Source of the DNA: Chiloscyllium plagiosum
Taxonomy: Eukaryota
Assembly: GCF_004010195.1 (NCBI RefSeq)
Contig: NC_057718.1
Span: 98,779,794 to 98,843,793 of the forward strand
Direction of reading: 5' to 3'
DNA: 64,000 nt
The notes under the pieces were generated by a model. The model searched no databases. It was given only the letters and a program-made list of their open reading frames with translations, and was not told the origin of the DNA. Both the position numbers and the translations under genes were made by a program. This document shows positions 11,906 through 24,140 of the stretch, one piece after another (within the stretch, counting starts at the first letter, position 1; every line of letters starts with the position of its first letter).

Positions 11906-12945
11906 TTTGGTGGTGCAGAGCTGGCCAAAGGCAAGTAAAGTATCTTCCCACTCCACAAAGTCCTCCCAATACCTGCTGGCTCCTGGGATCCACAGTTGAT
12001 AATACTGGAGGTTGGTGTGCAAAAGATTGACATCCTCAGTCTGGGACGTCAATACTATCCGAGGCAAATGCCTCATCCAGTTGCTTAAAGGTTGTATCAT
12101 GTATTTCCTATAGGATACACTTCAGCAAATAACTAATACTTTCCCCTTGTTAAAAGGCATGCAACTTTGCATGGAATCACTTGTGCCTACTCGCTGCCTG
12201 AAGATAGATCTGAGCACAGACAACACTTTTGATCATGGGTAGAATAAGGAAACACGTCAGCCAGAAAAGGCATCAAATCCTTACATTGTTCTTACCGCCC
12301 AGTCACTCCAACGAGCTGACCTTGCAAGGAAGCTAACTTGCTGAGGCAGCATGTGATTTTTAAACCTATATGTTGAGAAACTGAGCTAGTTACTCAGTTC
12401 AACCGTGACTCGGGATGTATAATAAATGCCAGTCTTGCCAGTGATGGACACTTTCCATGCAAAACAAAAATCAGGCCAGCACTTTCCTCATAGCCTTTTG
12501 GAACGTCCACCATTAATTTGTCTTTGGATTTTGTATTTCACAATGTATGTCACCATCAGTGGGCCTTTTTTTGCAAGGCAAGTCAAGACTTTGAAGACTT
12601 TCTTTCACAGGATAGTCTGTCCTGATTTATAGTTCCGAGACAGTGAGCTCAGAGGTGTTACTGAGTCTAAACAGTGTAAGGACGGTAAAATTGACATCCA
12701 TGGGCATAAATCATTAACACAGATGCTTCAGTGATCCTGTCACTTTGAATGTTGATATCAATTTAACTCTATAGCATTGCCATGCCCTCTAAGCTAGAAC
12801 TCACATCTCCCTGTTATGCTAGCAAATGAGAGCAGAAACTGGAAACGTACTAAGAGCTATCCATTGTTTGCAGTGGCCAATGACACTTGAAATGTTACAA
12901 TTAAAAGGTATATTTCAGAGAGAAATTAAAACTAAAATTTCATAA

Positions 12946-13282
12946 ATTTGTGAGAAGATTTGTAGCTCGGGAGCTTGTTGTTGTGGTCCTGTTCGCCGAG
13001 CTGAGAATTTGTGTTGCAGGTGTTTAGTCCCCTGTCTAGGTGACATCCTCAGTGCTTGGGAGCCTCCTGTGAAGTGCTTCTGTGATGTTTCCTCCGGCAT
13101 TTATAGTGGTCTGTCCCTGCCGCTTCCGGTTGTCAGTTCCAGCTGTCTGCTGCAGTGGCTGGTATATTGGGTCCAGGTCGATGTGTTTGTTGATAGAATC
13201 TGTGGATGAGTGCCATGCCTCTAGGAATTCCCTGGCTGTTCTCTATTTGGCTTGTCCTATGATAGTAGTGTTGTCCCAGTAC
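12946..13282 (-). mobile_element. Penelope-like retroelement 3' fragment (GIY-YIG endonuclease C-terminus and pLTR)
   Basis: Reads WDNTTIIGQAK*RTAREFLEAWHSSTDSINKHIDLDPIYQPL, typical of the PLE endonuclease end. 9-bp TSD atttcataa (12937-12945 and 13283-13291). Confidence 0.85.
13015..13055 (-). ncRNA. Degenerate minimal hammerhead ribozyme in the Penelope pLTR
   Basis: gca-CUGAGGA-u-gucaccu agac aggggac-UAAAC-ACC-ugc. Stems I and II are present; the GAAA and NUH positions are mutated. Confidence 0.65.
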
Positions 13283-14727
13283 ATTTCATAAGCTTTCAAA
13301 TATGAGACTTTAGCCTTCAAACCAGAAGACAAGTTATCGAGGTTGAGTTTCTCAAAACATATCGGCTCAGAATTTGCTGGTAAAACAACAGCAGGTTTAA
13401 TGAATCTTGTCATTATATATGACCCAATCACCTGGAAAGCTTTGGGGGAAGGGAGGGTGTGATATATCCCATGAATTATGAATTCCCATAAACTACTGGG
13501 CAATTTGCATTGCTCCGCCTTTAGCCATGAGAAAACACAATTTTATGCTCATACTTCCAGTGAATGTCGAAACATTTCTGCATTTGTATTGTTAAAACAA
13601 TCAAATTTTCCAATGCAAGGTAAGCCCAGTATTTAACAGAGTAAGATCCTTTTAAAAACAAGGTTATTTTCATGTAATCCCACTCAACCTCTCTGGTCTA
13701 GAAAGGGATACCATTTAAACTATGAAGTTGCTTTCCAACAGCTACCAAATTATTCACAGAGCTATCTTTCAAAGTGAATGTTTGCACATATTTACATTTT
13801 TTTCATCTTTTCCTTTCTGTCTCTTTATTATTTCTTTCTTTCTCCATATTCATTTATCTCTCTGGAGCTGATTTGATTTTAATTCACTACTTTCCACTTG
13901 TCTGAATGACCAAATGACTCTCCTTATAATAAAGTCACTAATGACTTTAGACTTAAATGTGTTGTGCAAATCTCAATGCATTACCTGATATCAGAAATCC
14001 ATGCAAACTGAAAGGAAGCAGTTCATTGAAGCCACTGAACTGTTCTCAGGAAGCAAGATTTAAAAAAGCAAGGAGATAATTCCAAAATCTGTGGGCCAGT
14101 CAGTTTGGAGCTCCCTAAATGTAAGTGTTGAACAAATAAATTAGCATGACAGATGCCAATACTGCTACAGGAATTCCAATTTTCCAATTCAAAGCATTGG
14201 CAAGAATGTCTTATTGCATCAGGATTGACAGGCAGATTGTAAGTTAGAATAGTGAACATGCTGATTTACTGCATGTGTGATAAAGAATATAATGCTTTTG
14301 CATCATTCAACCAAACAGATGGCCCCTTGTGTTTACACCACCCTTCCCCCCAACTGCTTTGTGCCATTGATGTCAGGTCTGCCTTCAGTCATGTAAAACC
14401 CTCATTCTCTAGACCCATCCTTTTCTCCGTTTCTCTCCCCTTTGGAGCCCATTTACAATTTATGTCTATGACTAGTCTTTTGGCGCCCACTCTTCTTCTT
14501 TGTCTTACTGTCCGTTATTGTCTGCTAATGTTTCCATGAAGGACTGTGGAAATGGTTTCTTGGGATTGGGGCTGTATAACTGCAAGTCATAGCTTCATTG
14601 TGGTTTTATTGAAAAGTAATAATTCCATTGGATCGGGAAACTGATATAATTTCAAAGTGGGCTAGAGAGTCGACTGCACATTTAAGTGTACAATGGTGAC
14701 ACAATGGAATCAACATTATCCAGTGCA

Positions 14728-14955
14728 CTAAAATCAGAAAATGGTGGAGAGACTCAGAAGGCCTCAGCAGGTGAGACAAACAGATTTATCATTTTGGGTT
14801 CAATGACTCTTGTTTGGAATTGTGCAGAGGTTCCGGAGAAGAGTCATTTTCGACTCAAAAGGTTGCTCTCTCCAAAGATGGTGCCAGACTTGTTTTGTTT
14901 CTCTAGCATTTTCTGTTATTTTAATTTTAGCTTTCCAGCATCCACAATGTTCTCC
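14728..14955. mobile_element. Old Penelope-like palindromic element
   Basis: Inverted arms aaaatcagaaaatggtggagagactcag / tttctctagcattttctgttattt with a decayed hammerhead remnant near 14833-14865. Confidence 0.6.
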
Positions 14956-15174
14956 TTGAATTATTCAGTACACCTTAGCCATGAGGACACATACAAACAG
15001 CTTAGATATGTATCCAGCCTGGTTTCCATATTTAGCAATGGACTCCTGCCAGTGTCATTGCATGCACATGCAAGACCAGCTGTACATTTTTAGGGCCCAA
15101 GGTTTGGAAGAAGGACTTAGGCAAATATATCTTTTGTACCAAGCCTTTTGTCTTAGTGGACAAAACTTCTGTGT

Positions 15175-15650
15175 CAGCATGCTCACCTCTGAATCAGAAG
15201 GGCAACAGGTTCAATTCTGACTTTAGTGCAACATTATGTCAATGTGTGAGCCTCATTGTGAGTGTTGTTGGGGATGAGATGTTGCATCGAGGCTCTGCTT
15301 GTCTTCTGAAGTGGATCTGAAATGATCCCATAACAGTGTTTCAAAGAAGAACAGGAGGGTTGCCTTAGTATCCTGACCAACATCGTGTAGACAATACTGT
15401 CTCCACGCCCCCTGCATAGAGGAAAGGGAAACAGTAACACGTGGAAATGAATATACAGTACTGACCTTCTGTTTTGAAGGTGAACAAAATGAATCAGATC
15501 AATATGACTCATTCACCAGTTTTATTGGATTTTCTTTCTGGGTATTTTCATGTTGTTGCTTGTGGGAGCTTGCTGTGTACCAATTGGTTTCAATAATATC
15601 TTCAGTACAATATTGACTGCATATTAAATCATAAATGCAAGTCTTTCCTT
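15175..15650 (+). mobile_element. DeuSINE (SacSINE1/AmnSINE-like), decayed
   Basis: Deu-domain-like blocks ggatgagatgtt..gaggc..gatccca..gaagaacagg and tgtgggagcttgctgtg..aattgg; tail ataaatgcaagtcttt. Confidence 0.7.
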
Positions 15651-15657
15651 GTCTTTA

Positions 15658-15963
15658 GGGGTGGCACGATGGCTCAGTGGTTAGCACTGCTGCCTCACAG
15701 TACCAGGGATCCAGGTTCGATTCCAGCCTTTGGTGACTGCCTGTATGGAGTTTGCACATTCTCCCAGTGTCTGTGTGGGTTTGCTCCAGTTTCCTCCCAC
15801 AATCCAAAGATGTGCAGGTTAGGTGAATTGGCCGTGCTAAATTGCCTATAGTGTTAGGTGCATTAGTCAGAGTGAAATGGGTCTGGGTGGGTTGCTCTTC
15901 GGAGGGTCGGTATAGACTTGTTGGGCTGAAGGTCCTGTTTCCACACTGCAGGGAATCTAATCT
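15658..15963 (+). mobile_element. HE1-like V-SINE
   Basis: A box tggctcagtgg, B box ggttcgattcc, V domain, aatctaatct tail. Confidence 0.9.
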
Positions 15964-17009
15964 TATATGCCCAGAATTTCTGCCCAGGATGTCTTTTCCT
16001 CACTAGGTTGTCTGAAATAGTTTGGCTGAACTTGCAGGGTTGGGGAAAGAGCTAGCTAACCTCCCCAAGTCCCCTAACCCACAGTGATTTGGGGCCATAA
16101 ACCAGAGAGTTCCCATTAATTTGTTTACATTCTAAGCAAAGTAATGATTGCATTTAATTTCACAGCCAGACATGAGTAGATATAGAATGTGAGGCAGAAA
16201 TATGAATAATGCATTCAACAGCGCTTGTTAAGCACTCTTGTTTTCAGCACTTTTGCTCAATAGGCTTGGAGTTTATGTAGCTGAACTTTACTTGTTTTGC
16301 TTTTACAATAACTGGTATTAAAGCACTGCATTGTTCACAGCAGAGCCTATTAGCTACTGTAAGTGGAGCAGAATGCACAAGTTACAACAGTTGACTTGTT
16401 AAGTGACTACAGAGCAGTCTCTAAAGTATTTCAGTTTTTACATGCACTAGGAGATCTGTTTTCTATAGTCAAAGTTGTTGTGCTTTCAACATATAGCAAT
16501 TCTTTTAAGAGACCATTATAATCATTAAATTGAGTTGTGAAAAGTAATATTGGATGCTACTTAACAGTAGCTGTCAAAAAACTGCTTTATTCAGGCTCTT
16601 ATTCATGACTCATATGAACTTTCTCCCTCAGGTACATTTACGTAGCCGCCTACAAATTCTACAATTTCTGACACCTGGTAGTTTTTTTTAAATCAGGGGT
16701 TTTCTGGGAAGATAGTTGACCGGGTTTCTAAACAGACCAGCACAATGATGTATGCATGGGCGCACTTTGTGCTCGCAATTAAAAATGATCATAGAAATCA
16801 AAATGTGGCATATTGCACAAAAATAAATGGGAGCAAATGAAGTGTTGCTTGGAGATGACAGCACATAGGTAATTTCTAGTTAATAGCGGCAGCAAGTTAG
16901 TTTTAGCAACTCTCTAGAAATAACACACCAATACAAGCCAAATACAAGCCAACCCAAGCATACTGCGATATTTGTTTCATTTGCAAGAGGTTCATTTTGG
17001 GTAAAAGCT

Positions 17010-17236
17010 AAGAGAACTGCAGATGTGATAAATCAGAAACAAAAACGAGAATTGCTGGAAAAGCTCAGCAGGTCCGGCAGCATCTGTGGAGAGAAATCAG
17101 AGTTAATGTTTCGAATCCAGTTTGGGGTCCAGTGACAAACTGTAAAGAAGGGTCACTTGATTTGAAACATTAACTCTGATTTCTCTCCACAGATGCTGTC
17201 AGACCTGCTGAGCTTTTCCAGCATTTCCTGTTTCAG
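17010..17236. mobile_element. Penelope-like palindromic element
   Basis: About 65-bp inverted arms (gctggaaaagctcagcaggtc..ggagagaaatcagagttaatgtttc and its reverse complement) around a decayed hammerhead. Confidence 0.85.
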
Positions 17237-18379
17237 TTCGCTTTGAGTGTTGGGTAGTAGATTATAACCTTCTATAAAACCTCCGCATTATAGAGTACTC
17301 TCCTTGACCTATGTCATTGTTCGTCTTTAGCGTATGGAGCATAGACTCTGTGAATATGTTTCTGGGGAGATTTCCACGTTCTTTTGATTGCGCACTTGCT
17401 TTAGAAATTCGTCAAGATTAAAAAGATAGAGCGCCAAGTTACTAATCCCTTAGCCTCGGTGGCAAACCTTAGTAAAAACATCAAAAACAGCAGTGGACCA
17501 TTCAGCCTGTCAACTCTGTTCTGCTATTCAATGAAACCATAGCTACACTCATCCCTTAACTCTACTTCCCTACCATATCCCTTGATTCACTTGGCCTCCA
17601 ATAGCTCAGCTGGCAAGACCTGTTCCTGCTGAAATCAGATGGGATCCTCTCAAATGCGTGGCAGTGAAGACCAAGTTTGACTCTATCTAGATAATTTACA
17701 CACATCAAATGTGTGTTAAAATACAGTGGAGACTGATAATGTTTTAGGAACTCAATTCGAAATTCTAGTTGAGCATGGCATGGTAAGATTTCACATTTTA
17801 AGAATTTTACAAGTGCAACCACAGAGGGGCAATAAATGCAGTTCCATCCATCGACCTTGATATCCCATGAATCAATAAAAATGAAAGCCATGGCTAACTG
17901 AACTGGTGGTCAAAATGGCACTGTGGTATGCTTGCCAAATCTTCACCTTCAACTTTTGTTAGCCCTTGGGAATTGGGACAACTTACAGAAAAAGCTAAAT
18001 ATTACTGTCTCATCGTCTTACTTCCTTGAAACAAAGACATTGCAACTCCCTGTAATTTTAATCCACATTCATTTTCAGGTCATTTGTGAAGTCATGAATC
18101 AGTGACAAACTCAGAGCAATCTATCAACCTGAGACCACCATTTTACTGGAAGGACCAGTCTCGTGATTGCGTCTGTAGCCTCAGATGATGAATAAAAAAA
18201 AAAATCTTATGCTGCCAACTATTGCTTCACTTTCTGCCCAGCAACAAGGCAGGTCTGCACACAGGCTGAAACATTCAAATTGGGTGTTTGACTTGTTAAA
18301 CATTTAAACAACATAGACAGTTTCCTACTCATGGAACAGTACAGCTGTGCCAACCATGATACCATTCAAAAAATCAGAG

Positions 18380-18772
18380 AATCCCCACAGTGTGGAAGCA
18401 GGCCATTTGGCCTATCATGTCCACACTGCCCCTCCCACCCAGACCTACACCCCTATCCCTGTAACCTGCATTTCCCATGGTCAATCCACCTAGCCCGCAC
18501 ATCCCTAGACACTATGGGCAATTTAGCATGGCCAATCCTGACCTCTTGTGCTTTTCCAGTGCCACACTTTTTGATTCTAACTCTCCAGTCCTCACTTTGT
18601 CAATCCACCTAACCCACACATCTTTGGACAGTGGGTGGAAACTGGAGCACCCACAGAAAACCCAGAAAGACACAGGGAAAATCCACACGGACAGTTGCCC
18701 AAGGCTGGAATCGAACTTGGGTCATTGGTGCTGTGAGATAGCAGTGCTAACCACTGAGCCACCATGCCACCC
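18380..18772 (-). mobile_element. HE1-like V-SINE containing a short Penelope-like fragment (about 18539-18600)
   Basis: Head and V domain on the - strand; the insert is flanked by caatcc duplicates. Confidence 0.8.
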
Positions 18773-19361
18773 CAATTAAACTAAATCTTATTCTAACTCT
18801 AAACTAATCCTGTCTGCCTACCCATCAATGATGGCAGCACACTCATCTCTGAATCAGAAGGATTGTAGGTTCAATTCCAACTAGAAGATTGCCTGCATGT
18901 GGTCCCTATCCCTTTATTCCCTGTCTGTTCATGTTCAGTGCAAACGGTTTCTGGGACAACATAGTGGGTTGTCTAAACATGCTATTGTACCAGGTTGAAG
19001 TTATAATGCAACTGGGTGTGACGACCAGTTAGCTGGAAGCATCTACTGGAGGTGTCTCACACTTTATGGATTTGGTGGGGGACACAAGGATAGTGACTTA
19101 CTCATTTATGTTGACACAATGTTGAGTTTAACTAAAACAGTCAGATATTACATTCACAAAACATTGTGGTGAATTCTGTGCATGATTATTTCTTCAAAAG
19201 CAGACCAAGATTGAGCTCTATCACAATGTTGTGAGGCAGTTAATTAGATCAAACCAGTCGCTTACTTGCAGTGATATCTTTGGCTGAATATCTCTTACAA
19301 AAATATTGTTTTAACTTTGCTTCCTGTTATTTCCCTTTAAACTGTCACCACTTTATTTGTG

Positions 19362-19547
19362 AAGAGTGTGGTGCTGGAAAAGCACAGCAGATCGGGCAGC
19401 ATCTGAGGAGGTGGAGAATTGAAGAAGGGCTTATGCCCGAAACCTCGATTCTCCTGCTCCTCGGAGGCTGCCTGACCAGCTGTGCTTTTCCAGCATCACA
19501 CTCTCGACTCTGATCTCCAGCATCTGCAGTACTCACTTTCTCCTCCG
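19362..19547. mobile_element. Penelope-like palindromic element
   Basis: 12-bp TSD actttatttgtg (19350-19361 and 19548-19559), inverted arms, core tgaaga-agggcttatgccc-gaaac. Confidence 0.9.
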
Positions 19548-19924
19548 ACTTTATTTGTGCTTAGAAAACTAAGTGTTATCTAAAGTCCAACATTTAATCA
19601 TTTAGGCATTCCCTGGATTTTGGAAGAATTAGAAGCAATCTCACTGAAACATTTAAATTATCAGGGGGCTTAAAAGGGTAAATGCTGATGCTTTTTACCT
19701 TTGGATGGAGACTTTAGAAAATGGAACACCAGTCTCAGGATATGGAAGCCATCATTTGGGACTGAGATGAGGAAGAACACCCAGAGGGTTCTCAATCTGA
19801 GAATTCTCTATCTCAGAGACTGTGGACAATCAGCCACTGAGTATTTTCAAAGCTGAGATTATAAAATTCCTTGAGATTTCAAGACCAAGGGCATATCAGG
19901 TTATTTACTTATGTGATCTACCTG

Positions 19925-20016
19925 TAACTATGTGATCTACCTGTATTACACACAAGACAAAGCTTTTCACTGTGCCTCGGTACACGTGACAATAAACTCA
20001 ATTCAATTCAATTCAA
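19925..20016 (+). mobile_element. Rex/Babar-type LINE 3' tail fragment
   Basis: aaagcttttcactgtgcctcggtacacgtgacaataaa followed by (attca)n. Confidence 0.6.
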
Positions 20017-20021
20017 TATTT

Positions 20022-20500
20022 CTAAGATGAGCGGAGAAGGATTTGAAATGGCCCTGGGGGAAACCTTTTCACACAGAGAGTGGTTCATGTGTGGAATGAA
20101 CTGCCAGAGGAAGTGGTGAATGCACATACAGTTACAACTTTGCAAAGGCATTTGGATAAATACATGAATAGGAAAGGGTTGGAGGGATATGGGCTGGAAA
20201 TGTGTTGCTGGAAAAGCGCAGCAGGTCAGGCAGCATCCAGGGAACAGGAGAATCGACGTTTCGGGCATAAGCCCTTCTTCAGGCTTATGCCCGAAACGTC
20301 GATTTTCCTGTTCCCTGGATGCTGCCTGACCTGCTGCGCTTTTCCAGCAACACATTTCCAGCTCTGATCTCCAGCATCTGCAGACCTCACTTTCTCCTTG
20401 GAGGGATATGGGCCAAGTTCAGGCAGGTGGAACTAGTTGGGATGGACTAGTTGGACCAAAGGGTCTGTTTCCGTGCTGTATGACTCTATGACTGTGTATG
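20022..20500 (+). mobile_element. HER1-like CR1 3' end, interrupted at 20195-20397
   Basis: Motif VHVWNELPEEVV..RHLDKYMNRKGLEGYG and a (ctatgact)n tail. Confidence 0.9.
20195..20397. mobile_element. Young Penelope-like palindromic element
   Basis: 81-bp inverted arms (20193-20273 and 20282-20362) with 1 mismatch, 35-nt tail, TSD ttggagggatatgggc (20179-20194 and 20398-20413). Confidence 0.93.
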
Positions 20501-21139
20501 ACATGGAATCGGGGATATTGAAATCAGTCAGTTTTAGTTGAGTAAAGGTATTAAGGGATGTGGGCCAAAGGCTGGTATGCGGAGTTAGGCCACAGATCAA
20601 CCACAATCTCATTGAATGGCAGAATGGTTTAAAGGGGATGAATGGTCTACTCTTGTTCCTATATTTCAATGAGTATAGTGGAGTTCAATAGAAAAATCAC
20701 TCAAGATCCTATTGAATAGCGGAACAGGCTTGAGGGGCCAAATTGCCTATTCACATTCCTACTTCTTAGGTCCAGCTTGAATTATCATTGTGGTTCACTG
20801 GCCTGTGCACAGGAGATGAAAAGATGGAACCATCAATAGTCAAGTCATAGATTCTAATTTCAGAGTGAAAGTAAAGAATTAAAATTGGAAGATAGTTTTG
20901 CTACTATAGTGTTAATGCTGGTGCATTTCAGAAAACTGGGAAGTGTTGTGTGTAGAAGTTCACAGATTACGGTTACGTGAGCAGGTAACAGGACAACCCA
21001 CAGACCATATGGAAGCAATTGCAGCTACGAATAAGGATTCATATGTTAATTGGCTGTGTAAAACTGAAGTGGGATGCTCCATCTCTCCCAACAGCTGTCT
21101 AGATATCTCCGATCTTGTCATCTCATTGAAAATATTCCA

Positions 21140-21386
21140 GCTTGCCTTCACACAGGGCGCGGTGAGCCTGCGGACTTCACTGGTACAGACAGCAATCCAG
21201 GCTAAAATGTTGAATGCTTTCAAGAAGGAGTTAGACAATGTTCTTAGGGCTAAAGGGATCAAAGGGCATGGGGAGAAAGCAGGAACAGGGAATTGAGGTA
21301 GATGATGAGCCGTGATCCTATTGAATGATGGAGCAGGCTTGGAGTGCCGAATGGCCTATTCCTGCTTCTACTTTCTGTATTTCTAT
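21140..21386 (+). mobile_element. CR1 3' end
   Basis: Motif LNAFKKELD plus 3' UTR attgaatgatggagcaggc..gaatggcctattcctgc. Confidence 0.75.
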
Positions 21387-21954
21387 GGCTGTTTAACTAC
21401 AAATCTGTAATGTGGCACACCTTATACTTTAATGAAATAGCCAAGAATGCGTTGAATTATACAGCCCCCATTAAAGCTGTACTCTAGAATCACTTCTGCT
21501 CCATCAGCATCCTGGAGGGAGAGCCTGGAAGGTGAGAGGACATGGGGGCTGGTGAGGTGGGGGTTGATGGCAGGGAGGGAGTGTTGTTGGGGCAACAGGT
21601 ATAAGGAGCAACAACCGAGGTGCTATCAAGGTGTTCAAGTTGGTGAAGCACTCCTGCTCTTCGTGGTTCCACCCATTATAACTGTTCTAAGTGCCTTTTG
21701 TGGATGCTTGTGCCTGGGTGGATCTAACTAGGCTCCTGTGAAACTTAGAACAGTAGCAAAGAAGCCTAAAGCAGGAATCAGGTCATTTACCTCCATATGT
21801 TAGGAACCTCATGCCTGTCTTAAGCAGTTGTGGTATTTGAAAAAATTGTCCAACAGATGTTGCTTTGAGAGACATTTGGGTTTTTTTAAGGTCTTGGGGC
21901 TCCAGTTTTAAGTCTGTCCCTCTTTGTGCCCATGGTACATGAGTTTCCATTAGA

Positions 21955-22985
21955 CAATAAGATGTAGGAGCAGAATTAGGCCATTCAACCCATTAAGTCT
22001 GCTCCGCCATTCAATCATGGCTGATATGTTCCTCAACTCCATTCTCTTGCCTTCTCCCTGGAAGCCTTGATCCCTTTACTAATGGAGAATCTGTCTATCT
22101 CTGTCCTATATACACTCAATGACTTTGTCTCCACTGCCTTCTGCGACAGTGAGTTCCACAGAGTCACCACCCTCTAGTTGAAGAAATTCGCCTTAATCTC
22201 AGTTCTAAAGGGTCATCCCTTCACTCAGAGGTTGTGCCCTCAGGTCCTAATCTCTCCTGTCTGTTCGGAGGCCTCTTAGTAATCTACAAATTTCAGTCAG
22301 ATCCACCTTATTCTTCTAACCTCCATCATGTACAGACCCCATGTGATCAGCCCTTCATTCCTGAGATCTTTCCTATAACTTCCTCTGGACTCTCTCCAAC
22401 ACCATCATATCCTCTCTCAGATAGGGGGTCCAAAACTGCTCACAATATTCCAAATGCAGACTAATCAAAGCCTTATATAGCCTCAGCAGTACATCTCTGC
22501 TCTTGTATCCTAGACCTCTTGAAATGAATGCTAACATTGCATTTGCTTTCCAAACAGCCAAATGAACCTGCACGTTAACCTTAAGAGAATCCTAAAGTAG
22601 GACTCCCAAGTTCTTTTGTGGTTTAATTCCCAAAGTCTTTCCTGAAAAAGACTCTCTGCCTTCTTCCAGTCAGCCAATCCTCTATCCATGCCAGTACATT
22701 GCCCATGACCTCTTAATCTATTTAGCAGCCTCCTGGGGGGGTGACCCCTAATCAAAGGCTTTGTGAAAATCCAAACACATCACATCAGCTGCCTCTCCTT
22801 TGTCTGACTTGGTCAGTACTCCTCAAAAAATACTAACATTTGTCAGGCATGACCTGCCTTTGATAATGCTATGCAGACTCAGTCCTATTTTACCATGCAC
22901 TTCCAAGCACTTCATAATCTCACCCTTAATAATCATTCCAAGTCAGGCTAACTAGCCCTTAATGTTCTGTCTCCCTCCCTTCTTA
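21955..22985 (-). mobile_element. CR1 LINE fragment (RT and 3' UTR) with deletions
   Basis: ORF track KANAMLAFISRGLGYKSRDVLLRLYKAL..LEYCEQFW; 3' UTR at 21955-22100. Confidence 0.9.
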
Positions 22986-24053
22986 ACAGGCGTACTACGT
23001 CAGAGAGCTACAATAAGTTTCAATTTCTACCCCATTGCTTCAGTTTTATGTTTGGTGCATTCCAGAATATGGGTCCAGCATCTTTAAAGAATTTGACTTA
23101 ATTCCAATAACAACTTAAGATAAGCTCAATGTCAAAACAAATAAAAGAATACTGGCCCAGTCAGTGATGCTCATATTTTATGCTATCTCACTTACCCCTT
23201 CTCTTGCATTACCATAGAATTGTGTAGCAACAATAATTTCCATTTAAACAGCACCTTTTATGTAACGAATGAATTAAAAACAAGGGCACTGGATATGCAG
23301 TGGAACATAAGCCCTTCATGTAAGTGATTGATATACACAACTTTCGACCGAAATGTGGTATCGTGCAGAACGTCCTGTTAATTAGACTCCTACCTGCAGC
23401 CTTCAGCTTGAATATAAGTTGTACCCTTGTTGGCTTGGAAGTGTGAACTGATAATGACCCAGCAAGGGAATGGAGGTATCTGAGACTCCTGTAAATGGTG
23501 AGACCACCAATGTATCTCCTTAACTAACAGGATTTACTCATTCAGAAAGAAACAACAGGAAAATTAAGAAGGTTAATGGAGGGGATCCAGAAGTGTGAAA
23601 TTAAATTCACAAGGTTTGGAGGGTTTGAGGCTGAATAGGCTGGGGCTATTTTCCCTGAAGCATCAGAGGCTGAGGGGTGACCCTATATAGATTTATAAAA
23701 TCATGAGGGACATGAATAAATAGACAAGGTGTTTACCCCAAGGTGGGGGAGTTCAGAACTATAGGACATAAGTTAAGGTAAGAGAGGAAAAATTTAATCG
23801 GGATCTAAGGGGCAGCATTTTCATACCGAGAGTGGTGCATGTATGGAATGATCTGCCAGAGGAAGTGGTGGAGGCTGGTAAAATTACAACATTTAAAAGG
23901 CATCTGGATAGGTACATGAATAGGAAAAGTTTGGGGGATATGGGCCAAATCATGGCAAATGGGACTAGATTAATTTGGGATAGCTGGTTGGCATGGACGG
24001 TGTGGACAAGTTGAACCAAAGAATTTGTTTCCATGCTGTACAGCTCTATGACT

Positions 24054-24140
24054 AAAAATCACACAACACCAGGTTATAGTCCAACAGGTTTCTTTGGAAG
24101 CACTAGCTTTCGGAACACTGCTCCTTCATCAGGTGGTTTT
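24054..24140 (-). mobile_element. 87-bp Penelope-like pLTR insert
   Basis: Exact 13-bp TSD cagctctatgact (24041-24053 and 24141-24153); same family as the palindrome at 43744-43948. Confidence 0.9.
24101..24135 (-). ncRNA. Minimal type I hammerhead ribozyme, apparently intact
   Basis: CAC-CUGAUGA-A-GGAGC AGU GUUCC-GAAA-G-CUA-GUG: stem I CAC/GUG, 5-bp stem II, loopless palindromic stem III (AGCU), NUH = CUA. Confidence 0.8.

Noticed and set aside
15660..15735. tRNA-like A and B boxes
   Set aside because: These are SINE heads (HE1 and others), not cloverleaf tRNA genes.
19910..19945. Short tandem duplications (tatgtgatctacctgta x2; also near 16930 and 55883)
   Set aside because: Ordinary slippage or repair duplications.
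20193..20362. Long inverted repeats as MITEs or pre-miRNAs
   Set aside because: Variable 8-19 bp TSDs, one-sided tails and hammerhead cores fit Penelope-like retroelements better; there is no small-RNA evidence.
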